Positions 1 through 30,190 of a stretch of DNA of 64,000 nucleotides are shown piece after piece (position 1 is the stretch's first letter; each line of letters opens with the position of its first letter). The DNA is from the human T2T-CHM13v2.0 reference genome, Homo sapiens, in the NCBI RefSeq assembly GCF_009914755.1, contig NC_060927.1. One strand, given 5' to 3'. The position numbers and the translations under genes were made by a program. Below the pieces are notes generated by a model, which did no database searches, was not told the DNA's origin, and saw only the letters and a program-made list of their open reading frames with translations.

Positions 1-274
1 GATAAGGAAGGGGAGTTGGTCAACAGAAAGCAGGTCGTGGGAGACAGGCAGTCATGAAGGGTGAAGGGTCTGGACTGTCATTGTCCAAATGCAGTGATCT
101 GGTGAGTTTCAGCTCCTTGATACTACCTGGGAAGCCTCATGGTTGGTTTACTGAGAAAGGAACTCAGATAAGACAAATGTAACTTCTCAAATTTTAAGAT
201 GAGAAGGTCAATCTCTACATATACTCAAAAGAAACCGTAAGCATCAGTTCTGTGGGATGATTGGACCGGTTTCA
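1..274 (-). mobile_element. ERV1-class (MER4-group-like) LTR fragment
   Basis: The reverse complement begins TGAAACCGGTCCAATCATCCCACAGAACTGATG, resembling ERV1 LTR 5' ends from memory. Subfamily not assigned. Confidence 0.5.
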
Positions 275-1120
275 AATCCACATCTTTGCTTGGCTTCTTC
301 TCCTGCCCTATCTTGCTTCCCTCCTCCCTTACAGATTTCACTTGGGGGCCATCTCCCAGTAAATCACTTCCGTGAGGGTCTCTCTCTCAGGCTTGGCTTC
401 TAGGGATTCTAAAGCACTGCCTGCTTTTCAGAGTTTCTTGTTTGGAGATGACGCTTGAGTTGATGACACTTGAGTTGCCTCAAAGGAGCAGCTCCCAGAC
501 TGGTCTTCCACATGGGAGGGATGGAATGCAGCTTTTTAGGCTCTGGAGCCTCTCACCACCTTAGATAAATGACTTAGCTTCATTTTCTTCATCTGTGAAA
601 AGTGGTAATTATAGTGACATTGCATGGTTGATGGAATAATGTGAGCAAGTTAGCTGGTACTTGGCAAATCTCCCTAAACTATGTGATCTTATTCTCGAAA
701 CAGAAACAATGGCTACAGTTCCATAGGTTTTAACTTCTGATCATTTTCACTTCCTTTGTCCTATCTCCACAATCTGCTGACATAGGGGGTGTTTTCCATT
801 AAATCAATGGAGAACAGGGGGACTGGAATCTCACTTGGACCCTTCTCTCTTGCCTTTTCTTCCCCAAGTTGAGAAAGCTCCTCAGCTTTAGAAAAATCCA
901 TTTGGCACCAATAAGTAAGGCAGGGAGGGGAGCCACACAGCAGAGGGGAAGTGTGGACTTAACTCATTCTTGGCTGCCGTACCTTTCAGGGACATAAAAT
1001 AGAGACCGACCCCAACAACTTTGCTCTGAAACACAGAGGGTACCTGAAATGGTCCTCTTAAGAACTAACTGGCTCCACCCAATGCAGTACAGGGTAACTT
1101 TCATAAAGACTGAGGCAGCT

Positions 1121-4443
<3,323 letters not shown>

Positions 4444-4561
4444 TTGTTGAATGAATGAATGAATGCATGAAGAAATGGATAACTATGAAGCACCGTCCAA
4501 GGCGGAAAAAACCCGCCCTAAACCGCACCCCAAGCAAATTGCACACACGGCTTTCCCGGAG

Positions 4562-4580
4562 TGGACACCAGAGGGCGCTG
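4562..4580 (+). promoter_or_regulatory. CTCF motif
   Basis: TGGACACCAGAGGGCGCTG versus consensus TGGCCACCAGGGGGCGCTA. Confidence 0.65.
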
Positions 4581-4644
4581 AGCTCGGCCGCTCTCAGCTC
4601 CGGATCAGGATTCGCGCCTGGGTCCTTAGGACGACGCCGCGTGG

Positions 4645-4652
4645 TGACGTCA
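4645..4652. promoter_or_regulatory. Palindromic CRE (CREB/ATF)
   Basis: TGACGTCA, with half-sites CGTCA at 4665-4669 and 4799-4803. Confidence 0.7.
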
Positions 4653-4679
4653 TATCCGCCTGGGCGTCACGCTTCGTGG

Positions 4680-4824
4680 GGCGGGACGAGGAGAAGCCAA
4701 ACGTAAAGACACCAGGAGTTTCTCGGGCCCAGCTGTGGCTGCTGCCGGGGAGCCCCAAGCCTTGGCGGGTCCTTGCGGCGAATAGGAGTCTGGTCAGGCG
4801 TCAGGCTAGTCCGACGAAGAGTGG
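4680..4824 (+). other. RPP14: RPP14/HTD2 non-coding exon 1 (start approximate; donor TGG|GTAGGT; alternative donor GAG|GTGAGC after 5058)
   Basis: Consensus-like donors inside the CpG island. The TSS cannot be determined from sequence alone. Confidence 0.6.
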
Positions 4825-4888
4825 GTAGGTGGAAGCCTTCCAAAGAGCGGCGGTTGTCTGGGAGCCGTCTCAGTTGGCCGCGACCCGG

Positions 4889-4898
4889 GCGCATGCGC
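4889..4898. promoter_or_regulatory. NRF1 palindrome
   Basis: GCGCATGCGC, the perfect core of the NRF-1 consensus YGCGCAYGCGCR. Confidence 0.65.
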
Positions 4899-5269
4899 GG
4901 GGCGGGCGGTGCGCCTTGGGTAGCTTGTCCTCTCCGACCCCGGGCGCTGAGGGCCTCTGTACGGCGCCGCGTAGGGTCTCGGCCGCAGAACGTGGCCGAG
5001 AGGCCCGGGCGAGACTTCGGGACCGTGTCCTGAGCGCTCTCCATGCGCCCGGCGCGAGGTGAGCGCTAAATAGTGGTTGTTGAAAAATATTGAAAGCCAC
5101 CCAAGTGCTCAGCAGTAAGGATATTGAGCTTTTTAAAGTGATTGATTTAGTCCAAAAATTGTACGTCGCACGCCCACTGTGCACGACCCAGTGTTTTAGG
5201 GCCTTGGGAAACAGCAGTGAACAAGATAGCAAGATTCTTGGAGTGGACTTTTGTTGGGGTGGGGAGGGG

Positions 5270-5760
5270 AAGTACAGATAAAGATAAACGAGTTACATAA
5301 TTGTCATAGAAAAAGGCAAATGCTACGAAGAAGAAAGCAGGGACGGGGCATGGGGGTGGGGTGCGGTGTTAGCCGAGAAGGGCACTGGGCCAACCCGATT
5401 GAGATTTGAGCTAAGCCAGGAAGGGGGCAAGGGTGTGAGTCCGGTGGCTGCCTGGAGGAAGATCTTTCCCAGCATGGGGAAAAGCTAGAGCCGAGGCCCA
5501 GCGGTGGGAGCGAGACTGGCGCGTGAGAAAGAGCTAGGCTAGGCCTGTGTGGTGGCGGGGATTGAGCGGAGGGAGAATGGCAGGACATGAAGTCAGAGGT
5601 GTAGAGGGAGCAGTCCTGCAGGTGAGGCAGAGCCTTGCAGGCTGCTCTAAGGACTTTGGCCTTACTCTGGATAAAACGGGAACCATAGCAAGATTTTGAG
5701 CAGAGGAATGATGTAGCTTGAGTAGATGTTAATAGACTCACTGGCCGCCGTAGGGATGGA
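5270..5760 (+). mobile_element. L2 fragment (orientation tentative)
   Basis: Purine-rich L2-like motifs (GGACTTTGGCCTTACTCTG...GATTTTGAGCAGAGGAATGA). Confidence 0.55.
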
Positions 5761-6264
5761 GAAGCGGGGGAGTAGGGAGAATCAGATTTATTACTAATAG
5801 GTCAGATTAGGAGCATCCCTGCGCAGCCACTAAAAAAGGCTGACTCTAGGCCGGGCGCGGTGGCTCATGCCTGTAATCCCAGCACTTTGAGGGGGCCGAG
5901 GTCGGCGGATCACTTGACGCCAGGAGTTCGAGACCAGCCTGGGCCAACATGGCGAAACCCCATTTGTACTAAAAATACAAAAGTTAGCTGGGCGTGATGA
6001 CGTACGCCTGTAATCCCAGCTACTCAGGAGACTGAGGAGCGAGAATTGCTTCGACCCAAAGCACTCCAGCCTGGGCGACAGAGTGAGACTCCATCTCAAA
6101 ACAAACAACAAGACTGACTTTAAAGATGACGATGACAGTAACTTCGTGAGCCCACATCTGTGGAGAGCCTGGTGAATATATTTAATACCAGTCTGTACAA
6201 AATAATTTCCCAGGTATCCTCTCCTTTAATGTCAGAACAGCCTGCAGAGGGCAGTGCTGTCATT

Positions 6265-6395
6265 TGTAAGTCTTTTTTTTTTTTTTTAATTGCAAAAAAT
6301 ACGTGACATAAAATTTATCGTAAGTAGCATTGAGTACATTCACAACGCTGTGCAGCCATCACCACTGTCCATCTCGTGAATGTTGTGTAAGTCTT
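6265..6395 (-). mobile_element. 5'-truncated L1 3'-end insertion with target-site duplication
   Basis: Poly-T followed by L1M 3' UTR-like sequence, flanked by TGTAAGTCTT at 6265-6274 and 6386-6395. Confidence 0.65.
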
Positions 6396-6658
6396 CGTTT
6401 TACTGGCATCTAAGCCCTGGGTCTAATTTCACTCCCCTATTTTAGGCAGCCAGCTCCATCAAGGCAGTAACACTAAAAAACATTTATGTGCCAAGCAATG
6501 AAAGAAACAGATGAGGTTTCTTGTTCTCCCTGCCCTTCTAGTTAGGGGAGACTCTAGTGACTGGGAAAGAAGCATCAGGTAACTATTTCCGCTGTCCTGA
6601 AACCAAGGATTCTTTTGAATATATAGGCCTATACCACTATCACTTTTCTCTCATTTGA

Positions 6659-6859
<201 letters not shown>

Positions 6860-8079
6860 TAAGTTTTTTTGTTTTTTTTTTTAGTGACAGGGTCTCACTA
6901 TGTTTCCCAGGCTGGTCTCAAACTCCTGGCCTCCCAAACTGTTGAGATTACAGGCATGAGCACCACGCCAGGCCCCAAAGTATTAATGTTTGTTGAATGG
7001 ATTGGTAGATGTAGCTCCTTGACCCTGACTTCTTTTCTCCAGAGGTCATCATCTGGGAGTGGTTGGAACTGGGTCTAACCCAGAGTGGTTTTGAAATGCT
7101 GGTCCATAGCTCTGTGACCTTGGATAAGTCCCTTTCCTTGATTGGGCCTCAGTTTCCTGTTCCCTGTAGTGGGGGATCCATATATTAAACAAATAGACAG
7201 TGTTAAGAGATTGCATAACATGGGGGCTTAACTTAGAGAAGGGTGTCAGAGAAGACCTTCATGAAGAGGTGGTATTTAAACTGAAAGTTGAAGGATGAAT
7301 AGGACCTATCCAGAGGGAGAGCAAGGTTGGCATGGAGCCAAGGAAAGGAACTGTCTACAGAGAGATGAGCATGTTCTACGTTCTTGAAAGTTCAGACCTT
7401 TTAGAAGCTGCATTGAGTGCCCCTTCCAGGAATCCCTCTTCTCAACCCCTGTGCTGTTTAAGCTCAGTTGTTCACAGATAGTCTTGCACAGACCTGGCTT
7501 TTGGACTGAGAGCAGGCAGACACAGGATGGGAGGAGACGGCAGAACGACCATCCCTCATTCTTCTCTTTGTGTTCTGTGTTGACTGAGAGTAAACAAGAA
7601 GAGGACCTTCAAATCTTAGATTTTACTCCTTTATGTCTTTTCTTTTTCTTTGGATAAAGAGGCATCGTAACTGGTCTTGAGTGGGCTCAGAGTGGTTGGA
7701 ATCTCTGGGCACCCTTGGGCAGATGTTACCTACGTTTACTAAACCTCTGTGTCATCTTCTCGAAAATGGGAATAATAATACCTCTTACCTCAGGAGCATT
7801 TTGAAGACAAGCTAAGGCATGTGAAATGTTTAGCAAAGAGCTGGGTGCTCATAAGGAAAATTGTTAGCCAAAATTATGTTGTTATGTTTTAAGTAAGAGT
7901 ACAGTGATTTGACATTTATAGAATATAGAAACTTATTTTGTATTCGTATGGGTAACCTTAGTTTGATCAGAATTAGATGAGTTACTGTGCTCAGAAGTCT
8001 TAAAAACCAAACAGGAGGCCAGGCACAGTGGCTCACACCTGTAATACCGGCACTCTGGGAGGCCGAGGCAGGCGTATCA

Positions 8080-8519
<440 letters not shown>

Positions 8520-8736
8520 TCACCTGAGCCTCGAGAGCCAGAGGTGGAGGCTGCAGTGAACTCTGATTGTACCACTGCACTTCAGCCTAGGTGACAGGGT
8601 GAGACCCTGCCTTAAAACAAACAAACAAAAAAAACCCAAATAGGCCAAATTCTCATCAAAACTCTGAAAAATAGCATGTGCATTGGTCATTTCTAGCCCT
8701 CTTGACTTACTGTAGGTGTGATCAGCACTGGAAAAG

Positions 8737-8813
8737 ATGCCTGCCCCTGCTGCCACATATGAAAGAGTAGTTTACAAAAACCCTTCCGAGTACCACTACA
8801 TGAAAGTCTGCCT
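8737..8813 (+). CDS. RPP14: RPP14 coding exon 1 (gene exon 2): MPAPAATYERVVYKNPSEYHYMKVC
   Basis: ATG at 8737, acceptor TGTAG ending at 8715 (alternative ATCAG ending at 8725), donor CT|GTAAGT. Matches the N-terminus of RNase P subunit p14. Confidence 0.97.
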
Positions 8814-8913
8814 GTAAGTTTAGTTTCCTAAGTTCTATTTTAGATTACTTTTCTAACATGAATCTGAATAGAATGAAATTTAATATGACTTTTTTTTTTT
8901 TCACTTTTTTTAG

Positions 8914-8998
8914 AGAATTTCAAGATTGTGGAGTTGGACTGAATGCTGCACAGTTCAAACAGCTGCTTATTTCGGCTGTGAAGGACCTGTTTGGGGAG
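8914..8998 (+). CDS. RPP14: RPP14 exon 3: (L)EFQDCGVGLNAAQFKQLLISAVKDLFGE
   Basis: Poly-T/TAG acceptor after a 100-nt intron, donor GAG|GTATGG, frame continuous. Confidence 0.97.
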
Positions 8999-9009
8999 GT
9001 ATGGAATCA

Positions 9010-14450
<5,441 letters not shown>

Positions 14451-14921
14451 AAATATCCCTGTGTGTACCTGTGTGTCAGGTAGAAAACCTCGTTCCTGGG
14501 GTTTATATAGCTGCAAACAAACAGACATGGCCTCTGCCACATGGACTAATGTCTTGGTTCTTGTAGTAGGAAAACATGTTGGACAATTAGTGACAAGAAT
14601 AAAGGGAATTATGAAAGAGAAAGTATGGTGTCCTGTACAAGAAAGAACATAGCAAGCTGACTTTGTCTCATCTTGAAGATCAGTCAAGGAACAATTTAAA
14701 TGAAGGCTCAAAGGATGAGAGACATCAGCCATATGAAGAGGTGTAGGCAGAACATTCTAGGCAGGGGGAGCTGTAAGTAGGCAACTAAAGTGCCAGCACC
14801 ATTAAATAAAATACTGCTTATGTGGAGGAGAAAAGCTCAAAACTCATTTGTTGTCAAAAGTTGACAAGCATTCAAGAATAATGGTGAGAATAGCCTGCTA
14901 ATAGCATTATTCCATATGCAG

Positions 14922-14998
14922 GTTGATGCCGCCTTACCTTTGGACATCCTAACCTATGAAGAGAAGACCTTGTCAGCCATCTTGAGAATATGTAGCAG
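14922..14998 (+). CDS. RPP14: RPP14 exon 4: VDAALPLDILTYEEKTLSAILRICS(S)
   Basis: GCAG acceptor, donor AG|GTATGA, frame continuous. Confidence 0.96.
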
Positions 14999-15321
14999 GT
15001 ATGACAGAGAGTGGGAAATTTCTAGTATAACAGGGCAGAGAGACCGATGGAGCAAAAATGCTCTCTTCTGAGAATGAGAATAAATTTTTTGTTGTGAACT
15101 CTGAGCAGCTTTTGGGAATTTAAACTGGGATGAATATGAACATTCATCCACCAGAAACTTGTACTCTAGAGAGGGCAAAACTTACGATTTGGTTACAGCT
15201 GTAGTTTTCCCATTGATGGTTATAGTTGCAAAGTCAGAAGTGAATATTTTAGAAACCTTAGTTGAAGTTCATTTTGTTCTCTGTCTATGACACACTATGT
15301 ATTTTCTTGATCTTTCTGCAG

Positions 15322-15400
15322 TGGTCTTGTCAAATTGTGGAGCTCTTTGACCCTGTTAGGATCCTATAAAGGCAAAAAATGTGCTTTCCGGGTGATTCAG
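15322..15400 (+). CDS. RPP14: RPP14 exon 5: GLVKLWSSLTLLGSYKGKKCAFRVIQ
   Basis: TTTCTGCAG acceptor, donor CAG|GTAAAG. Confidence 0.97.
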
Positions 15401-15846
15401 GTAAAGACTATTCCCTCACATATTCCAAACAAGACTGAGTGATGGGTCAACTGCTTCTTAATATACACAACTCATTTTTGTGCTTGCATAAATGTAATAT
15501 GGTTAAAATGATCTAAGTAGGGGAAAATAAAGGACTTGATTGTTTCCAAAAATGTGAGACAGAGCACTTAGATTTTAAAATCTATGGGAGATGTTTTGGG
15601 ATAAAACTTGCAACCCTGTGGTTAAGGCTTACTTTTTTTATTTAACACTTAATGCCTTGTGTGTTATATATTGGTACGCTCTTTTTGAGATGTGACCACT
15701 TGTTATCGAAGGCTTCCTCTCAGGATGCTCTGTAAAATGCTCCTGCATCAGCTTTGTTTATCCTGTAAAACTGGGCATGTTTCCCCATTGCCCTGTGCTT
15801 CAGTGTGGTTTCTCCCAATGCCTTAACCTTTTTCTTTCTCTTCTAG

Positions 15847-15903
15847 GTTTCTCCATTTCTTCTTGCATTATCTGGTAATAGTAGGGAACTAGTATTGGAT
15901 TGA
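15847..15903 (+). CDS. RPP14: RPP14 last coding exon: VSPFLLALSGNSRELVLD* (spliced total 124 aa, Rpp14/Pop5 family)
   Basis: Strong pyrimidine tract and TAG acceptor, TGA at 15901-15903. Coding exon lengths 77+85+77+79+57 = 375 nt. Confidence 0.97.
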   Translation, partial: VSPFLLALSGNSRELVLD

Positions 15904-16002
15904 ATGAATAGTCTTCCATTTTGGAAACGTTCATCCACTCTCATATTTATTTTTTGGTGCCTGCATGTTTGAAGACTGAAGCAGGCTAAAAGCTCTTGAT
16001 GA

Positions 16003-16527
<525 letters not shown>

Positions 16528-16782
16528 AATAGATGTTTTAAAGATGCAACCTCAAACACCAATGCTGTTGTTAAAGAGCCTATGGGGAATTGCTGCTCTT
16601 TACCAAAGAATGGTTGATAGGCCCAGAAGCCCATCTTAGTTAGGGGAAGGGAGCAGGAAGAGGGTTGTTCAAATGCCCACTTTCCAGTTTGGCCTTATGC
16701 TTCATGCAGACTTGAGTGTATGCAGGATTTCATTATCTGCCTGGGTTTTTTGTTTGTTTTTTGTTTTTTAATTCAAGAAGTA

Positions 16783-17431
<649 letters not shown>

Positions 17432-18060
17432 TCAGACCTAGATAGATTTGCATTTGGATAACAAATCCCTACCTATAGCCATGTGGAAGCAGCTTGTCAC
17501 TGTATTTTAACTGTGTAACAATTATTGAAGGCGAAAATAGAAGTTGGGTCATCTTTGAACACCTACCTTTTATCAATGAATATTTTTAGACTGTTCTTCA
17601 GTATCTGAGTCAGAGTTTATTGTAATTTGTTATTTACACCAAGGTGGCATCTTAGTCTACCTTCAGTGAGACTTGCGTTTCAGGGGAGGGGCGTATGTGC
17701 ATCCTCGGTCTCAGTTATGTAAACGGTCTGATCTGTAAAATAGTGGTAGCACATGCCATGTGGGATAGTTGGTGGAGATGATAGATGGAGTTAAGCACAG
17801 GGCCCAGCCTGTCAGCAGTAGCTACTATTATTGTTGCCCATTTCCCCTGCAACTGAGGTGAGAGGTTTTCCTGAGTTTGAAGCTGACTGGCCCACAGTTA
17901 AACGTAACAGACCAGTTTTTCAGGGTGTCAGCCAACCTCTATTAGTGTTCTTAAGTACAGTTTCTGTTATAAAAGTTCAGATTATTCCTTGAAAATTTGG
18001 ATCTACCTCCCATTATTATGAGTAATACATGCTTATAGTAAAAAAAAAAAAATTGTAAGA

Positions 18061-18229
18061 AATAAATATTAAGAAGATTATGGAGGCCAAATTCTTAAGA
18101 CTTTGGGGGCTGGGGTCAGGGAGGTTATATTGAAGGGGAGATGTGCCTAACATGTTACTACTAAATGGCCATCCCAACACAGCCAACACTTTTGTTTCCC
18201 ATTTTTTTTTGTTTCCCGTTTTTTAATAA

Positions 18230-18230
<1 letters not shown>
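18061..18230 (+). terminator. Candidate poly(A) signals of RPP14/HTD2
   Basis: AATAAA at 18061-18066 and 18225-18230. Usage cannot be proven from sequence. Confidence 0.45.
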
Positions 18231-19150
<920 letters not shown>

Positions 19151-19546
19151 TCAGCCAACACATTCAAGACAATCTATGACAGAATTTTTAATTTTTACCC
19201 AGAGAGCAGCTGAACAGACAACTAGAAAGAATTATTCTAGGCCAGGCGTGGTGGCTCATGCCTGTAATTCTCAGCACTTTGGGAGGCCAAGGCAGGCGGA
19301 TCACGAGGTCGAGGTCAAGAGATTGAGACCATCCTGGCCATCATGATGAAACCCCATCTCTACTAAGAATACAAAAAAATTAACTGGGTGTGGTGGTGCG
19401 TGCCTGTAATCCCAGCTACTCGGAGGCTGAGGCAGGAAGATTGCTTGAACTGGGAGGTGGAGGTTGCATTGAGCTGAGATCGTGCCCCTGCACTCTAGCC
19501 TGGGCAACAGAGCGAGACTCCGTCTCAAAAAAAAAAAAAATTATTC

Positions 19547-19565
19547 TAGTCGCTAGAGGGCAGTG
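19547..19565 (+). promoter_or_regulatory. CTCF motif downstream of RPP14/HTD2
   Basis: TAGTCGCTAGAGGGCAGTG. Confidence 0.55.
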
Positions 19566-20130
19566 TTGTGTATAAAGTTAGTACTTTAAAACTTTAATAC
19601 TGTATTATACCATATACTAGTTTTCTAAGGTGGAAGACAAGACCAAAATCAATGTGGGGAGCAAGGATACTGTTCTTGTGAGTTTCAGAATGTGCAGCAT
19701 GTGCAGGCTGAGATCCACTTGAAGAAGACATTTATAGGTGAATCACTAGACATGCTGAAAATGTGTTCAAATGGCAAAACAAAATGGGGAACATGCACAA
19801 ATATACGGACTTGAGGCCAGGACTGCTTGCTCCTGCAGAACTCATTCCCTGGGATTTAGCAGCAGTCTTAAAGTTAGGTCCATAACTGGATTGGGATGTG
19901 ATCATTGATACTGATAGCCACCATTTTTTCAATGCCTGATGAGTTGATTTTCTACATTAATGCTAATCCTTGAAACAACTGTGTGAAGTTAACATTATCC
20001 TGTTTTTAAGTAGGATAACTGACTTGCCCAAGGTTGTTCAGCGAATAAGCAGTACAGCTGGGATTCAAACTTGGGCCTGCCTGGCTCCAAAGCCTTTCCT
20101 TTTTCCATCACTCTGTGGGTCTTAGGTTCC

Positions 20131-20970
20131 TGTAGGAACCAAGGGGAAACTTCCCCTTTGCCCTCTGAAGGTTCACTGAAAAATCAACTGAGAAAAGGCA
20201 AATTAATTGGAGAAAAGGCATACCAATATATTAGCTTGCATGAAGGGGAGAGCTACAGAGTGATTACCCCCCAAACCCCCACCCAATAGGGTTTAGAAGC
20301 TTAAATACCACCTAAAGGTTACAAAAAGAGTGTGGGCTCGGATCAGTGGCATAACATGTTCGGGGAGCTGGAGAAGGGGAAGCCTGGCTAGCAAAGGTGG
20401 TCTTGTTATGTAAATGAAGCCCCACAGGTGGCAGCCCTCAAAAGAATAGATGGTAAATGTTTTAGACCTTTTTTGTTGTATGAGACAGAGTCTCGCTCTT
20501 ATTGCCCAGGCTGGATTGCAATGGCACGATCTTGGTTCACTGTGGCCTCCGCCTCCCGGGTTCAAGCGATTCTCTTGGCCTCAGCCTCCCAAGTAGCTGG
20601 GATTACAGGCATGTGCCACCATGCCCAGCTAAATTTTGTATTTTTAGTGGAGATGGGGTTTCACCATGTTGGCCAGGCTGGTTTCGAACTCCTGACCTCA
20701 GGTGATCTGGCCTCCTCGGCCTCCCAAAGTGCTGGGATTACAGATGTGAGCCACCATGTCCAGCATGTTTCAGACCTTTAAAGTGTCAGACTAAGTTAAT
20801 CTTCCCGAGATCCAGACAAGGGAAGGCCTGGCTGCATCAAGCAGATTCTCTGCAAATGCAAGTTTTCTCCAAAAAAGACAGCTTTGCAGGGCTGCTTCTT
20901 TTGGCTCTCTGAACAGCCATCTGAAAATATGACAAATATATTTTGGGGTGAAATATTTTTATTTCCCTCA
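20131..20970 (-). mobile_element. ERV1-class solo LTR with an Alu inserted (~20470-20765)
   Basis: TG...CA termini, near 4-bp TSD (TTCC/TTCG), MER4-group-like end. The Alu has TSD ATGTTT(T/C)AGACCTTT. Confidence 0.65.
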
Positions 20971-21489
20971 TTCGTGTTGCTGGAACTGGAGCACTGTCAG
21001 TTTCTATAATGGCATCTTACATGGCATTAAAATAATTGGAATCATTCTATAGCAATCTTTTTGCTTTCGGAATGTTCTAGATCTTATTCCCCGCTAGAGT
21101 TGTAGCGTTTTCCTAATACTATTAGTTGAAAGTCTTCCACCCATGCATATCACCTACACATTTTCTAAGCCGACATTCAGTGATTATTTGTCTTCACCGA
21201 AGAATGGCTTAAAGGGTTAAAGATGAAAAATATAGGGTACGGAAGGGATGTCAGATCTGAATGATAGTTGATTTATACTGTGTAACTTTCAAAAGTAGCT
21301 ACTCAATGTGAGCATTTCCACTGTTTTTTTTTTTGTTTGTTTTCTGAGACAGAGTCTCACTCTGTCTCCCAGGCTGGAGTTGCAGTGGTGCAATGACTGC
21401 AGCACCTCCTGGGCTTACACAATCCTGCCTCAGCCTCCTATATAGCAGAGAACAGAGGTGCACACCACCATATCTGGCTTATTTTTTGA

Positions 21490-21630
<141 letters not shown>

Positions 21631-23278
21631 TAAAATGTATGTATTTTTTATAGAGATGTGGGTCTCACTGTGTCGCCCAGGTTGTCTCGAACTCCTGGTC
21701 TCAAGCGATACTCCTGCTTTGGCCTCCCAAAATGCTGGAATGAGCCTCTGCATACAGAGTTCCACATTTTTATGCTCCCTGAGTCATGGTCTTTGAAATC
21801 TATAAATCAATAAAGGTTGGAAACAGAGAAGTAGACAAGAAGTTATCAGTACTTCTCTTTAGTAACTTGTCATTTTTATCCAGAGTCAAGATTCTCAAAC
21901 CACACGTGCTTTGTTAAAGCTGGCTATAAGGAAAACTGGTTGCTTGGCTTTTTCATTGAGTCTATACAAACTGCTCAAAAGAATGACTCTTAATGAAAGC
22001 CTGAGTGACCCTCAAATTAGGAAATTCTCTCCCAGATAATTGAGAAGTGGCCTTGACTGTACCAGGTCACACATGGAAATAAGTACAAAAGTAATGACTA
22101 AAATAGGCCAAGTTGACCGAGCACTTTGTACATAGGGGTATTATACGACTGCAAATTGTGTGATGTTTAATTGTCACAGAAAGAGATACTCGTTTTAAGC
22201 ACTTTTAGCCTAATGTACTGGAAAATTGCTTAATGGATTTTTATACTCTATTGGAAACATTTCCATATTGGTGAAATGCCACTCATTCCTTTTTCTGAGG
22301 AGCAAATCTTGAGTAGCAATGGGAAGAAAGCCTGGCAACAGCCACCATTTGTCTTGTGGACCTGACATGCTTATTCACCTAGAAAAAGAAGAAATTGCTA
22401 AATGCACACTGATACCTCTTAGGTAACCACAGGTTTTCATTTTGTGCTGAATTATTAGTCATTTTTCCTTTATGTTTTTAGAGTATGATTCAGAGACCAA
22501 TTTATTCCCAAAGAAAATTGCCATTACATCTACTAAGTTTTCATATTAAAACATTTTCTACCAAGGGATGACTGTCACTCTGAGCAACTGTGCCACTGTG
22601 AATGCCTCATGTGTCAGCATAGCTTATTATCTAGCTCTGAGCAGAATGGGAGTGCTGCTGAATTAGTCTTGGTCCACAGGTATCTCCAGTGTCCCAGATG
22701 TTTCACCTCCTTTGTTCTTATCTTTGCTTTTATTTTGGGTTACAAACACAGCAGATAAATTAATTCTCAGCATCTTCAGAGAAACTGTGGGTTAGAGCAG
22801 AATCACCAACTAGAAGAAACCATTTAAATTCAAAAATCATAAGGAACCCAGAACCAATGTTAACACTGCATAAATACAACAAGATTAATAGGAGGCCCCA
22901 CAGTTAATTCCTAAGGTGGTTCTTAGCTGTAAAGCAATTCAAATGACCTTCTTATAAACCCTGGGCAAAAGTCCCCTGTGATGTGGTGGAAAATATCAAC
23001 ACGTAAAGGAAATAAGAATGACTGTGAGTTGAGTTTTGTTGTTTTAGATCCAGATCATGAATATTTAAAGAAATAAAAGCATTTTGAGTTGGGAGGCCAT
23101 GCTACTTAGGAAACACTGAGTTTTTCACAAGCTTCTATGATTTGATTTTGTAGAGTAGTTGCCAGGCCTAAGGAGCATCCTTGCTAAAACTCATTATCTT
23201 CAGTCAATCTGGGCAAACATCAAGTTGTTAGACAAACAACCTGTGGGCCATTTAAACATTTGGCAACAGTGGGAAATA

Positions 23279-23341
23279 TGTGTGTGTGTGTATATATATG
23301 TATATATATATATTTTTTTTTTATATACATTTTTTTTTTTT
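23279..23341. repeat. Compound (TG)n(TA)n(T)n microsatellite
   Basis: Seen directly. Confidence 0.85.
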
Positions 23342-23499
23342 GCGAGCCCTGAGTAGTTGTATGTGTGGCAAAAACTGAGGTTCCCTCTTTCCTCATTAGC
23401 CTTAGGCAGCCTGAGACTATAGAAAAAAACCCGATTTAAATTAGATCAGCTCCGGCCTTGGGGTGTTTCCCCATGTTCAGCCTAAGCCATTTCTTTTCT

Positions 23500-30190
<6,691 letters not shown>

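Larger units (their letters stand above)
4490..5200 (+). promoter_or_regulatory. RPP14: CpG-island promoter of RPP14/HTD2
   Basis: High GC and CpG density upstream of the first coding exon, with GC boxes at 4678-4685 and 4899-4909. Confidence 0.9.

Noticed and set aside
4455-5281. Overlapping Arg/Gly/Pro-rich ORFs in the RPP14 island (likewise 30841-31856 in the PXK island)
   Set aside because: They reflect stop-codon scarcity in GC-rich DNA, with no recognised homology.
15901-16002. Stop-codon readthrough or selenocysteine fusion of RPP14 to the in-frame HTD2
   Set aside because: It would need four UGAs decoded, two of them consecutive. No readthrough context (UGA-CUAG) or evident SECIS is present, and fusion would bury the mitochondrial presequence.
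20125-20140. Palindrome GGTTCCT-GT-AGGAACC
   Set aside because: It is a chance product of the LTR/flank junction and too short to support a function.
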